Notes under the pieces: model-generated
The model's input: the letters and a program-made list of their open reading frames with translations, nothing else
What the model was told of the DNA's origin: nothing
Database searches by the model: none
Origin: Deltaproteobacteria bacterium
GTDB taxonomy: Bacteria; Myxococcota_A; UBA796; SXON01
Length of the DNA: 64,000 nucleotides
NCBI GenBank assembly: GCA_014191855.1
Contig: BJHF01000027.1
Location: forward strand, 488-64,487
Reading direction: 5' to 3'
Made by a program: the position numbers and the translations under genes
In this document: piece after piece, positions 17,020-26,364 of the stretch
How the letters are laid out: each line of letters starts with the position of its first letter
Position numbering within the stretch: position 1 is the first letter of the stretch

Positions 17020-18149
17020 CGCTGTTCTTCATGCTCGGCTGCACCTTTGTGCTGGACGATCAGCCGTGTTCGCCGGATACCGGCGGCACGGACACGAACA
17101 CCGGCATCGACTCGGCCGACACGGCGCTCGACAGCGCGCCGGACACCGCCGAGGACAGCGGCTGTGAGACGTCGGCCCTGTTTCGGGACGTAGACGGCGA
17201 TGGATTTGGGGACCCCGAGCTATCGGAAGACCGTTGCCCGACCGAGGGGTGGGTAGCCGAAGCGGGGGACTGCAACGACGCCGATGCCGACGTGCACCCG
17301 GGGGCGCGGGAGCGGTGCAACGGCACGTCCGACGCTTGCGACGCCGCCTGGGCCAATGACGACGGCCTGGCTACGTTCACCGATGCGCTCGGGGCGATCG
17401 ATCTAACGGCCGAGCTCGCGGGTATCGACGGCGCCCCGGCTTTCGCTGCGTTTGGCGTGGGCTCTCTCGCGCTCTGCACCGGCACCTGGTTCGTCAACCT
17501 CAGCTTCACCGCCGGGGGCGTGGTGAGCGGCGTCGGCGACGGGGTCGTGCTCGACGGGGGCGGGGCGGGATCCGTGCTCGATCTGGGCGCGGGGGACTAC
17601 GACCTCTCGGGTCTCACTGTCCGCAACGGCGCGGGGTCGGCGGGGGGCGGAATCTCAGTAAACGGAGCCGACAACCTTTCGATAACGGGGCTCGTCGTCG
17701 AAGCCAATACGGCCGCGATTGGGGGTGGTCTGAGCATGGGTACGCCGACGGTGGCGACGATCGTGGACTCCACGTTCTCGGGGAACGCGGCCACGGGCGA
17801 CGGCGGGGGAGTCGCCGTTTCCGGCGGGAGCCTCCTGCTGCGAAGCTCCACGGTGTCGGCCAACCACGCGACGGGCCAGGGAGGCGGGATCTATGCGGAG
17901 GATGCGGCCCTCACGTGCATCGGCGATGGCGCGGTCGAGGGCCTCGGAGTTCTGGAGAACGCATCCGACGCCAAAGAGAACGAGGTTCGGCTCGCCGGCC
18001 GGTCGTTTACCCTGCTCGCGGAGTCGTGCGATCTCGCGCGAACCGCGAGCAGCCCGCTTGGCATCGTTTCGGTGGAGGCGGTCTCCGATTTTGCGTATGG
18101 GCCGGATGCGACGTTTTCCTGTGACTCGACGGGGTGCGTGGGTCCGTGA
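17016..18149 (+). CDS. lipoprotein with putative metal-binding (MopE-like) motif and right-handed beta-helix repeats
   Basis: The ATG overlaps the FecR stop (ATGA). MTLFFMLGC is a lipobox. DVDGDGFGD...CNDADADVHPGARERCNG is the putative metal-binding motif. Repeated GG.I...S.L.. segments (GGGISVNGADNLSITG, GGGLSMG, GGGVAVSGGSLLLRSS, GGGIYAED) are beta-helix-like. Confidence 0.8.
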   Translation: MTLFFMLGCTFVLDDQPCSPDTGGTDTNTGIDSADTALDSAPDTAEDSGCETSALFRDVDGDGFGDPELSEDRCPTEGWVAEAGDCNDADADVHPGARERCNGTSDACDAAWANDDGLATFTDALGAIDLTAELAGIDGAPAFAAFGVGSLALCTGTWFVNLSFTAGGVVSGVGDGVVLDGGGAGSVLDLGAGDYDLSGLTVRNGAGSAGGGISVNGADNLSITGLVVEANTAAIGGGLSMGTPTVATIVDSTFSGNAATGDGGGVAVSGGSLLLRSSTVSANHATGQGGGIYAEDAALTCIGDGAVEGLGVLENASDAKENEVRLAGRSFTLLAESCDLARTASSPLGIVSVEAVSDFAYGPDATFSCDSTGCVGP

Positions 18150-18167
18150 GCCCCTCACGAATGCGCC

Positions 18168-18218
18168 GCGTTGCGCCGACGCCCGAGCGCGGCATCGCGA
18201 ATGGGTCTGGCGCAACGC
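18168..18218. repeat. REP-like hairpin between convergent genes (possible bidirectional terminator)
   Basis: GCGTTGCGCC (18168-18177) pairs perfectly with GGCGCAACGC (18209-18218). It uses the same GTTGCGC/GCGCAAC stem core as the elements at 10285 and 37511. Confidence 0.55.
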
Positions 18219-18231
18219 CCGGAGTCCGCTC

Positions 18232-18999
18232 CTACCCCACCCACCGCGCCCCAACCTCAGGCCAAACCTCCCCGCTGTTCACCAAAAGCGGCTTCCCGTG
18301 CGCCGTCAGCCGCTGCAGGCACAGGTCCCGCGCCTCGTCGTCGCTGCCCACCAGTTCCTCCCGCGGAAAGCGGACGACGCCCGCCCAATCGACCCCGATC
18401 CAGTCGAGCGCCGGTGTGCCGTTCGAGAGCTCCCCGACCAGCGCGAACGGCGGGGCCAACTTTCCCGACGCGAGCACCGAAATCCACGCGTCCGGTCCCA
18501 GCCGCTCGCGCAGCCCAGCGGCGGCGCGTCCCCTCCAACCGTCGCCCGTCCAGAGCGCCCACGTCGCGATGGTGCCGACCTCGGGGTGCTCCCCGCGGAA
18601 GCCCTGGGTGCGCTTGAGGTGGAGGTACGCCGAAGCGTGCGCGTCGAGGAGCGCTCGGAGCGCCAAGCGCGCTTCCCCATCGTAGAAGCTCGCTTCTTCC
18701 AGGGGCCCGCGCAAGGGAGCCCACCACCGCACATGAACGCCCACCCGCTGCGCCACGCGGTCGACATAGCAGCCCCAAACCCCGATGATGTCCGGGTCCA
18801 ACCAGCCATGGCGAGCGATCACCCAATCGGGCAACGCCCCTGAGTGCAACACCACGACCGGCTCCGCGCCCTCCGCCCGCGCGAGGCGAATGCGCTGGGC
18901 GATCGCGTCCAACTCCACGTCGTCGTAGGCGCCTCGCGACGGCTCGACCCGCGCCCAACTGCACAAAAGTACGCGAATCGTCGCGTGCCGGCTGCCCAT
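18232..18999 (-). CDS. GH1-like protein, short and lacking the catalytic NEP motif (pseudoenzyme or gene remnant)
   Basis: RVLLCSWARVEP...EPVVVLHSGALPDWV...GWLDP...VRWWAPLRGP parallels GH1 blocks (FSISWSRI.P, P.VTL.H.DLP, GGW, W.T.NEP). NEP is replaced by RGP, and the protein is only 255 aa. Confidence 0.55.
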   Translation of the reverse strand: MGSRHATIRVLLCSWARVEPSRGAYDDVELDAIAQRIRLARAEGAEPVVVLHSGALPDWVIARHGWLDPDIIGVWGCYVDRVAQRVGVHVRWWAPLRGPLEEASFYDGEARLALRALLDAHASAYLHLKRTQGFRGEHPEVGTIATWALWTGDGWRGRAAAGLRERLGPDAWISVLASGKLAPPFALVGELSNGTPALDWIGVDWAGVVRFPREELVGSDDEARDLCLQRLTAHGKPLLVNSGEVWPEVGARWVG

Positions 19000-19031
19000 C
19001 CGCGCAGTTACCCGGCTGTGCGGGAGTCAGC

Positions 19032-20069
19032 ATGTCGCGCCACGTAGGAATCCTCACCGGGGGCGGCGATGCGCCGGGGCTCAACGCCGTGATCCGCGCG
19101 GTGGTAAAGTACGGCGTCGGCCAGAAAGGCTGGCTGCTCACCGGCGTAGAAGATGCCTTCGACGGGCTGATTGCGCGCCCGATGCGGCTGCGCCGGCTCG
19201 TGCCACGGGCGTGCGGGGGCCTCCTGCAGCGCGGCGGCACGATCCTGGGCACCACCAACCGGGGCGACCCGTTTGCGTGGAAGGACGGGAAGAACCACGC
19301 GCACGACATCCGCGTGGAGCTCGATCGCCTCGGCATGGAGGGGCTGATCGTGGTCGGTGGCGATGGCACGATGCGGATCGCCGACCGTCTCATGCGCGAG
19401 GAAGGCGTGCCGGTGATCGGCGTGCCGAAGACCATCGACAACGACCTCGGTGCGACGGACCAGACGTTCGGCTTCCAAAGCGCCGTAGACTGCGTGACCG
19501 ACGCGCTCGATCGGCTCCATACCACCGCCGAGAGCCACGACCGTTGCATCGTCGTGGAGGTGATGGGTCGCGACGCGGGCTTCATCGCCATGCACGGCGG
19601 CATCGCGGGCGGGGCGGACGTGATCCTGATCCCCGAGATCCCGTGGGACCTCGGGCGGCTCCGCGCGAAGCTGGAGCAGCGCCGCAACATCGGGCGCCCG
19701 TTCTCGCTGATCGTGGTCTCCGAATCGGCCCATCCCCTCGGCGTTGCCGACGCAAAAGGTGGCGCCGGCCAGCTCGTCGTGAACGCGCTGCGCGAGGCCG
19801 AGCCCGATCTCGACATCCGGCTCACCGTCCTGGGCCACTTGCAGCGCGGCGGCTCGCCCGACGCTGTCGACCGGGTGCTGGCGACGCGGTTCGGCTGCTG
19901 CGCGGTCGATCTCGCCTGCGCCGATCGCTGGGGCCAGATGGTGGCGCTCCGCGATGGGCACGTCATCGGGGTGCCGCTGGCCGATGCCGTTCGATCGAAC
20001 CGGATCGTCGATGTGGCTGGCGAGCTGGTCGCGACGGCCCGCGCCGTGGGCGTGGAGCTGGGCGGGTAG
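19032..20069 (+). CDS. pfk: 6-phosphofructokinase
   Basis: ILTGGGDAPGLNAVIRAVV, VVGGDGTM, GVPKTIDNDL and VVEVMGRDAGFIA are PFK-A family motifs. Confidence 0.93.
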   Translation: MSRHVGILTGGGDAPGLNAVIRAVVKYGVGQKGWLLTGVEDAFDGLIARPMRLRRLVPRACGGLLQRGGTILGTTNRGDPFAWKDGKNHAHDIRVELDRLGMEGLIVVGGDGTMRIADRLMREEGVPVIGVPKTIDNDLGATDQTFGFQSAVDCVTDALDRLHTTAESHDRCIVVEVMGRDAGFIAMHGGIAGGADVILIPEIPWDLGRLRAKLEQRRNIGRPFSLIVVSESAHPLGVADAKGGAGQLVVNALREAEPDLDIRLTVLGHLQRGGSPDAVDRVLATRFGCCAVDLACADRWGQMVALRDGHVIGVPLADAVRSNRIVDVAGELVATARAVGVELGG

Positions 20070-20080
20070 CCGCGCCGCCC

Positions 20081-20806
20081 CTACTTGGACTTGAAGGCGT
20101 ACCCGATCGCCTCCGCGTGCTCTTCCAGGCGCTCGATGTAGTCCATCGCGATCGGCGAAGGATCCGCGCCATACGCCGCTTTGGCCAGGGTGAGAGCCTC
20201 GTCCAGGTTCCCGGAGCGCTCCGCGGCCACCGCATCGTTGTGCAACCGCCGCGCGGTGCCGGGCTCCGGATCGGGGAACACGACGCGCCGGATGGTCTCC
20301 GGGAGCGGCGCGAGCTTGTCCGCGAGGCGCTCAGCCAGGTCCCCCGTCAGCCGGGTTTGAAGCTCGGGATTCGCGGGCATGTCGAACGCATCGCTCGCCA
20401 CCCAGGGCCCGCGCATGTCCCGCTCGATGTCAACCGCGAACGTCACCGGGTCCACCCCGGGGGCCTGCACTTCCATGACCCCGCGGCCCCAGCCGTGCAG
20501 CGTGTAGCGACGGCGCTCGAAGTAGACCTCCGCGCCGTAGTCGATGCCGGGGTAGTTCCCCTCAACGTCCACGGACGTCGTAAGCAGATCGTCGCATTGC
20601 TTGACGAAGATGCGCTGCGTAGCGTCGGGATGAACATCCACCCCGGGGCGCGAGCCGAGCTCCTTCACCAAGGCATCCGCCAACGGGCGACACGCCCGCT
20701 CCATCGCAACCACCGCCACGCGCGTCGTCGCCAGCGGGTAGGCCGCTGAGCGCTCCTCCACCCAGGTGACCTGGTGAACGCAGCCGATGATCAACGAAAG
20801 GACCAT
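20081..20806 (-). CDS. lipoprotein of unknown function
   Basis: MVLSLIIGC is a short signal plus lipobox. It is a normal-composition 241-aa ORF immediately downstream of purB on the same strand. Confidence 0.6.
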   Translation of the reverse strand: MVLSLIIGCVHQVTWVEERSAAYPLATTRVAVVAMERACRPLADALVKELGSRPGVDVHPDATQRIFVKQCDDLLTTSVDVEGNYPGIDYGAEVYFERRRYTLHGWGRGVMEVQAPGVDPVTFAVDIERDMRGPWVASDAFDMPANPELQTRLTGDLAERLADKLAPLPETIRRVVFPDPEPGTARRLHNDAVAAERSGNLDEALTLAKAAYGADPSPIAMDYIERLEEHAEAIGYAFKSK

Positions 20807-20833
20807 GCCTTGTCAGTGTAGACGCGATTCCCC

Positions 20834-22141
20834 TCACGCGCCGCCGTCTGCACCAAAAACCCTCGCCTGAACTGTTCTCGCATGGCGGATATACCAGCCC
20901 AGGTCACACAGTTCAGTGATCGCTGCGGCGCCCAGCACGCCACCCACCTCGGGGTCGGCGGCGAGCCGGTCGGGGAGCCAGCCGCCCTCGGCCCACACGA
21001 GCATCGCGTTCTTCTGCACCCGGGCGTAGGCATCCTCGCGGCTGAGTCCCGCCTCCACCAGCGCGAGCAGCACCTTTTGCGAGAAGTAGATGCCGCCGCT
21101 CTTCTGGAGGTTTCGCTTCATGTTCTCGGGGTACACCACCAGACCGGCGACAAGGCCCCGAAGCCGGCGGAGCATGAAGTGCAGCGTGACCGTCGCGTCG
21201 GGACCGATCACGCGCTCCACGGAGCTGTGGCTGATGTCGCGCTCGTGCCAGAGGGGCACATCCTCCATGGCCGCCTGCGCGTAGCCGCGGACGAGGCGGG
21301 CCAGCCCGGTGAGGTTCTCGCTCAGGATCGGGTTGCGCTTGTGTGGCATCGCGCTGGAGCCCTTCTGCCCCGCGGTGAACGGCTCCTCGGCCTCCATCAC
21401 CTCGCTGCGCTGCAGATGACGCACTTCCACCGCCAGCTTCTCCACGCTCGTCGCCACCAGGGCGAGCACGTTGAAGAAGTAGGCGTGGCGGTCGCGCTGC
21501 ACGATCTGGTTGCTGGCTGGTGCAGGAACGAGGCCCAGCTTCTCGCAAACATAGGCCTCAACCGCGGGGTCTACGTGTGCGAAGGTGCCAACCGCGCCGC
21601 TCACCTTGCCGACCGCGATGTCCGCGATGGCGTGGTCCAGCCGCGCCCGGCCCCTGCGCAGCTCGTCCCACAAGATCGCCAGCTTCCACCCGAAGGTTAC
21701 CGGCTCGGCGTGGATGCCATGGCTCCGTCCGACACAGATGGTGTCGACGTGCTCTTCGGCCCGTGCCCGAAGCGCCGCCAGAACGGCCGTCAGTTCGTCG
21801 CGAATCAGCGTGCCGGCCTCCTTGAGCTGCACGCCGAGCGCGGTGTCGAGCACGTCCGACGACGTCATCCCCTTGTGGAGGTGCCGCCCCGGCTCGCCGA
21901 TGTGCTCGTTCACGTTCGTGAGGAACGCAATGACGTCGTGTTTGACGGTGCGCTCGATCTCGTCGATGCGGGCGATGTCGAACTTCGCCCGTTCGCGGCA
22001 GATCGCAGCGGTGCCCGCCGGCACCTCGCCGCGCGCCTCCATCGCTTCGCACGCCAAAAGCTCAACTTCGAGCATGATCTGGAGGCGCCGCTCGGGCGTC
22101 CACACGGCGACCATCTCGGGGGTGGAGTAGCGGGGGATCAT
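20834..22141 (-). CDS. purB: adenylosuccinate lyase
   Basis: MIPRYSTPEMVAVWTPERRLQ..., GRSHGIHAEPVTFG and GSSAMPHKRNP (fumarate-lyase signature SSxMPxKxN). The start was set at ATG 22141. Confidence 0.95.
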   Translation of the reverse strand: MIPRYSTPEMVAVWTPERRLQIMLEVELLACEAMEARGEVPAGTAAICRERAKFDIARIDEIERTVKHDVIAFLTNVNEHIGEPGRHLHKGMTSSDVLDTALGVQLKEAGTLIRDELTAVLAALRARAEEHVDTICVGRSHGIHAEPVTFGWKLAILWDELRRGRARLDHAIADIAVGKVSGAVGTFAHVDPAVEAYVCEKLGLVPAPASNQIVQRDRHAYFFNVLALVATSVEKLAVEVRHLQRSEVMEAEEPFTAGQKGSSAMPHKRNPILSENLTGLARLVRGYAQAAMEDVPLWHERDISHSSVERVIGPDATVTLHFMLRRLRGLVAGLVVYPENMKRNLQKSGGIYFSQKVLLALVEAGLSREDAYARVQKNAMLVWAEGGWLPDRLAADPEVGGVLGAAAITELCDLGWYIRHARTVQARVFGADGGA

Positions 22142-22199
22142 GGGGCGCTCCGGGTCAATCGCAATGGCACCGTCCTGACCCCGCACTTAACCTCCTCCG

Positions 22200-22682
22200 A
22201 TGGACACCCTGCCCCTCCGCGCCCGCATCGTCGTCTTGCAGGATCAGCTTCGCGCCCGAAATCGCCGGGAGGGTGCCGCCGCGATCGTGGTCGCCGCAGT
22301 CTGCGTGGGTTTGCTGATGCAGCTCTCCCCCGAGCGGACGATCCAGGCGGGTCTGGCGGTGTGTGCCGTGTCCGCCATCGCGATCATCGCCACGCTCGCT
22401 CGCTTCGGCAGCGCACCGAACCTCGATCTTTCCCAGTCGGACGAAGCACTTTCGGCCGCGGCGCGGGCTGCCGTCGCGAGCCAGGTTCAGCTGCTGCGGT
22501 GGGCGCCAGTCTGGTACGTCGCGCCGCTCGCGTTCGGCAGCAGCCTCGTCCTCTGGGGGCTCCAAAACGCGCTGGCGACCCCCCTCCCCTGGCCGATCGT
22601 CGCACTCTATGCCGCGATCTTCATCGGCATCGCGGCGCTGAACATCCACGCGGCGAGGGCGTTGGAGCGGAGCTGGGCGTAA
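22200..22682 (+). CDS. hypothetical membrane protein
   Basis: 160-aa ORF with an ATG start and about 4 hydrophobic helices. I recognise no family. Confidence 0.5.
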   Translation: MDTLPLRARIVVLQDQLRARNRREGAAAIVVAAVCVGLLMQLSPERTIQAGLAVCAVSAIAIIATLARFGSAPNLDLSQSDEALSAAARAAVASQVQLLRWAPVWYVAPLAFGSSLVLWGLQNALATPLPWPIVALYAAIFIGIAALNIHAARALERSWA

Positions 22683-22686
22683 GGCA

Positions 22687-25074
22687 TCATCCCCGCCCCA
22701 CGATCGCCACCACCCGCCCCTTCTGCTCCCAGAAGAGCCGAAACCCGGGCAGGCGCGGCAGGTGCGTCGGCAAGGGCGGGAGCTTGCGGATCCCACCCAC
22801 CTGGTGAAAAATGGCCGTGCGCTCCGCAACCTGGTACTCGATCTCGTACTTTGCTTCACCCGTGTCCAGGATGCGCGGGAACCTCCGTTCCAGCTCCTCG
22901 ACGATCGCGGGAGCCGGCATCGCCGGGAGGAGGTCCTCGGCGCGGAGCAGGGCGAGGTCGTCCCCGCTCTCGACCCCGAGCTCGGTCAGCCGCGCCAACA
23001 GCCACTCGGGCAGCGGCAGGAGCGGGTTGGACCCCGCGACCTGCGCCGCCAGCATCGCCAGCTTGTAACGTTCTTCCAACGCCGCCCGGAGACCTTGCGA
23101 CTTCATGATCCGTCCGGCCAGCGCGAGGTCACAGATGGCCACCCGCGCCGCCTTGCCGGTCGGCGGCCCCTCTCGGGTCGCGAGCACCTTCCCGGCGTAC
23201 ACTTGCGAGATCGTGACCCGGAGTTCGCCGTCACACAGCTCGGGCTTGCTCGCCCGTTTCTCGCCGAAGCCGGCGGCGGCCAGCCACGCGATGGGCACCG
23301 GCATCGCCGCGGTGATGAGCAGCCCGCTGCCCGGGCGCTGCTGCGAAGCCACCGCCCGCGAGTCCAGTACGATCAGCGCTTCCGTGTCGGCTGCGGGTAC
23401 GGCGCTCTCCTCGTCGAGCTCCATCTCCGTGCCACCGGCGGCCCAGGTGAACCGGTGCTTCTTCTGGTCGCGGCGCACGTGCGCGCAGCCGGGCCAGACT
23501 CGGAACAAGAGCTCGGCGAGCGGGCGCCGGGGCACGGATCCTGCCCAGCGCGGATCCCCAAAGCCGAGCTTGCGGAAGCGTGCGGCCGCGGCGCGCGCTT
23601 CGTCGAGCGCCTTGGCATCGAGGTGATCACGGTATGCGTCGCCCGCGCGCACGGCCTCGATCAGCGCCACTGCGTCGCAACCACCCGCACGCAGATCGTG
23701 AAGGCCGGCGGAGACCACCGGGTCCGGCCGACGGAAGATCGGTCGGTCTACGCTGAGCGCCGCGACGAGGAGCAAGGTTGGCTCCGCCAGCCCCGGCGCG
23801 TGAGCGCCCTCGACCAACACCCGCGCCAGTCCTACGTCGAGCGGTAGCGAGAACAAGCGCACCCCCGCTTCGGTGATCACGCCGTCCTTCACGCAGCCGA
23901 GCGCAGTCAATTCCGCCATCGCGGCCGCCACCGCAAAGGACCTCGGCCGATCCAGCCAAGGCAGATCCATCCCCCGCGGGCTACAGGCGAGCGCCGACAG
24001 CGTCAGCGAAACCAGGGATCCACGGTGGATCTCGGGGATTGTGACGTCTGCGAGCGGGCTCGCGGGGCTCCAAAGGCGGATGCACACGCCTGGTCCAAGC
24101 CGTCCGGCGCGGCCGGCGCGCTGCTCGGCCGAGTCCTGCGCGATCGGCAACAGGCTGAGGTAGCCGCGGCCGGCCCGGTAGACCATGCCGCGAACGAGCC
24201 CGCTGTCGATCACGACGCCTATTCCGGGAATGGTCAGGCTTGTCTCGGCAACATTGGTGGTTAGCACCACGCGGCGCCGCCGCGATGCGCCCGCGACCCC
24301 TTGGGCGCGAGGCCTCAGCACGTCGCCCTGGTCGCGCACGGTCATGCCGCCGTGTAGCGTCGCGATCTCCCACCGCCCTCCGCCGACGCCTGCCAGCGCC
24401 TGCGCCGCACGAGCGATCTCGGCCTTGCCGGGCAGGAACACGAGCACGTCCCCGGGGTCGGCGGCGCAAGACTCGAGCGCGGCGGCGAGGCGCTCGTCGA
24501 GGCCGCGCTTGCTCGGCAACGTCGCGTCGCCGGGGTGCCAACGCACCGCGATGGGGAAGGTCCGGCCTTCGCCGCCGATGTGGACGCCGCCGAGGTGCTC
24601 GGCCAGGCGCTCAGCCTGAATCGTCGCCGACATGACGACGAGGGCGGAGGGTTGAACGCCCGATTGCGCTCGGCGCTCCTGCAACAAACACAGAAGGAGG
24701 TCCGTGTCGAAGGCGCGCTCGTGGAACTCGTCAAGAACGATGGCACCGTACGCCTCGATGTCGCCGGACTGCACGATGCGGAGCGCCACGCCCGGGGTCA
24801 CGAAGGTGATGGACGCGTCATCAGACACGCGCCGCTCGTCGCGCACGATCCAGCCGACATCGGTGCCGCTCGGGCACCCCCGCAGCTCGGCCACGCGCAC
24901 TGCCAGCGCGCGGCAAGCTACCCGGCGCGGCTCGATGACCAGCACGCGCCCGAGCGCCGTGAGGGTCGAGGGAACGCACGTCGATTTGCCCGAGCCCGTC
25001 GGCGCCGACACGACCACCGGCCCGAGGCGCGCCGCATCGAGGATGCTCGGCAACAGCGGGGTGATCGGCAGCAA
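22687..25074 (-). CDS. hrpB: ATP-dependent RNA helicase HrpB (DEAH-box)
   Basis: APTGSGKST (Walker A), VLDEFHERAFDTDLL (DEFH box), TNVAETSLTIPG and QRAGRAGR motifs. The C-terminal HrpB-type extension is present. Confidence 0.9.
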   Translation of the reverse strand: MLPITPLLPSILDAARLGPVVVSAPTGSGKSTCVPSTLTALGRVLVIEPRRVACRALAVRVAELRGCPSGTDVGWIVRDERRVSDDASITFVTPGVALRIVQSGDIEAYGAIVLDEFHERAFDTDLLLCLLQERRAQSGVQPSALVVMSATIQAERLAEHLGGVHIGGEGRTFPIAVRWHPGDATLPSKRGLDERLAAALESCAADPGDVLVFLPGKAEIARAAQALAGVGGGRWEIATLHGGMTVRDQGDVLRPRAQGVAGASRRRRVVLTTNVAETSLTIPGIGVVIDSGLVRGMVYRAGRGYLSLLPIAQDSAEQRAGRAGRLGPGVCIRLWSPASPLADVTIPEIHRGSLVSLTLSALACSPRGMDLPWLDRPRSFAVAAAMAELTALGCVKDGVITEAGVRLFSLPLDVGLARVLVEGAHAPGLAEPTLLLVAALSVDRPIFRRPDPVVSAGLHDLRAGGCDAVALIEAVRAGDAYRDHLDAKALDEARAAAARFRKLGFGDPRWAGSVPRRPLAELLFRVWPGCAHVRRDQKKHRFTWAAGGTEMELDEESAVPAADTEALIVLDSRAVASQQRPGSGLLITAAMPVPIAWLAAAGFGEKRASKPELCDGELRVTISQVYAGKVLATREGPPTGKAARVAICDLALAGRIMKSQGLRAALEERYKLAMLAAQVAGSNPLLPLPEWLLARLTELGVESGDDLALLRAEDLLPAMPAPAIVEELERRFPRILDTGEAKYEIEYQVAERTAIFHQVGGIRKLPPLPTHLPRLPGFRLFWEQKGRVVAIVGRG

Positions 25075-25085
25075 TTCGAGGGCGC

Positions 25086-25910
25086 CTACCAGCGCTCTGT
25101 CCGCACCGACATCGGCGGCAGCGGCCCGCGCTGCCGGCCCACGTGCACCGCGATCTCGCCGGAAACACCGCGCCCGTGGAGCACGCCCATCGCCGACTCC
25201 AAGGCCCGCTCCGGCGTGTTGTTCTCTTCCGACAAGTGGGCGAGCACCAGGGTTTTCAGCCGCTTCGACAGGCCATCGCCCAGTAACGACGCCGCCTGCC
25301 CGTTGCTCAAGTGGCCGTGATTGCCCTTGATACGCTGCTTGAGCCAGTACGGGTACGGCCCGTTGAGCAGCATCGCTTCGTCGTGATTGAACTCAAGCAC
25401 GGCGAGATCGCAGCCCGCGAGCTTCTCCGCGACGAGCTTGGTTGGACGGCCCAGATCCGTGATCACGCCGATCGTCGCATCCCCCACGTGCACCCGCCAG
25501 GCCACCGGCTCCGGCGTGTCGTGCGGGATGGGGAAACACTCCGCGCGGAGGTGGGCAACCTGCACGGTGTCGCCCGGCTCAACCAGCTCTATGCCGTCGG
25601 GAACGGAGGCCACCGGCAGGTTCCCGGCCGTGCCCGCCGTCATGTAAAAGGGAACGGGCGACCCGCGTTTTGCGAGGGCGCGGCTCAACACGCCGGCGGC
25701 CGCGACATGGTCGCTGTGCTCATGGGTGATGAGCACGGCGTTGATCGGGGCGTTCTCCAGGCCCATCTCGCCGAGGCGGAGCATCACCTGCTTGGTTGCG
25801 ATGCCGCAGTCGATGAGCACCCCCGCGTGGCCATCGCCGACGTAGGTGCAATTGCCCGCCGAGCCGGAGGACAACACACACACCTGCACGTTGCGGGCGA
25901 AGAGGCTCAC
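25086..25910 (-). CDS. MBL-fold metallo-hydrolase
   Basis: VCVLSSGSAGNCTYV...VLIDCG...VLITHEHSDHV (HxHxDH)...HLSEENN. The start is uncertain (GTG at 25910 or 25889). The long Arg-rich N-terminal ORF extension was rejected. Confidence 0.8.
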   Translation of the reverse strand: MSLFARNVQVCVLSSGSAGNCTYVGDGHAGVLIDCGIATKQVMLRLGEMGLENAPINAVLITHEHSDHVAAAGVLSRALAKRGSPVPFYMTAGTAGNLPVASVPDGIELVEPGDTVQVAHLRAECFPIPHDTPEPVAWRVHVGDATIGVITDLGRPTKLVAEKLAGCDLAVLEFNHDEAMLLNGPYPYWLKQRIKGNHGHLSNGQAASLLGDGLSKRLKTLVLAHLSEENNTPERALESAMGVLHGRGVSGEIAVHVGRQRGPLPPMSVRTERW

Positions 25911-25924
25911 GGCGGCGGCCGCCG

Positions 25925-26269
25925 CTACGGGGTGCCGGACGGCGGAGCGCTGGCGGGCGGGGCGCCCATTCCCGGGAACGTAAGGTCGGCGGGCATGCCG
26001 CCGCGGCCCGGGAGCTTGAAGTCCATCGGCAGGTCCATCAGCGGCGAGATCTCGATCGAGGAGACGTTCGTGGCGGGCAACCACCCGAAGTCCGTGCCTT
26101 TGCGCACGCGGACGAGCGCGCCGTCGTGAACGAGCACCTCCACGGCATCCCCGCGCTCCACCTTGGCGCTCACGTGGGCCGTGTCGGGCCAACGCAAAAG
26201 GTCCATATCCACGGCGATCCAGCCATCTTCGGCGTGAGCGAGCGAGACGATCCAGGCAAACCACAGCAT
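25925..26269 (-). CDS. small secreted SH3-like domain protein
   Basis: MLWFAWIVSLAHA is a signal. GWIAVDMDLLRWPDTAHVSAKVERGDAVEVLVHDGALVRVRKGTDFGWL is a bacterial SH3-like pattern, followed by a Pro-rich tail. Confidence 0.65.
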   Translation of the reverse strand: MLWFAWIVSLAHAEDGWIAVDMDLLRWPDTAHVSAKVERGDAVEVLVHDGALVRVRKGTDFGWLPATNVSSIEISPLMDLPMDFKLPGRGGMPADLTFPGMGAPPASAPPSGTP

Positions 26270-26364
26270 GGGAGACTCCGAGGCCGACGAGCGGGGCGCC
26301 GACGGGCCTAACTCACCCGGGCGCGCGCCGCGGCCCCTCCGCGCCGGCTATATCGGCGCCGCGC

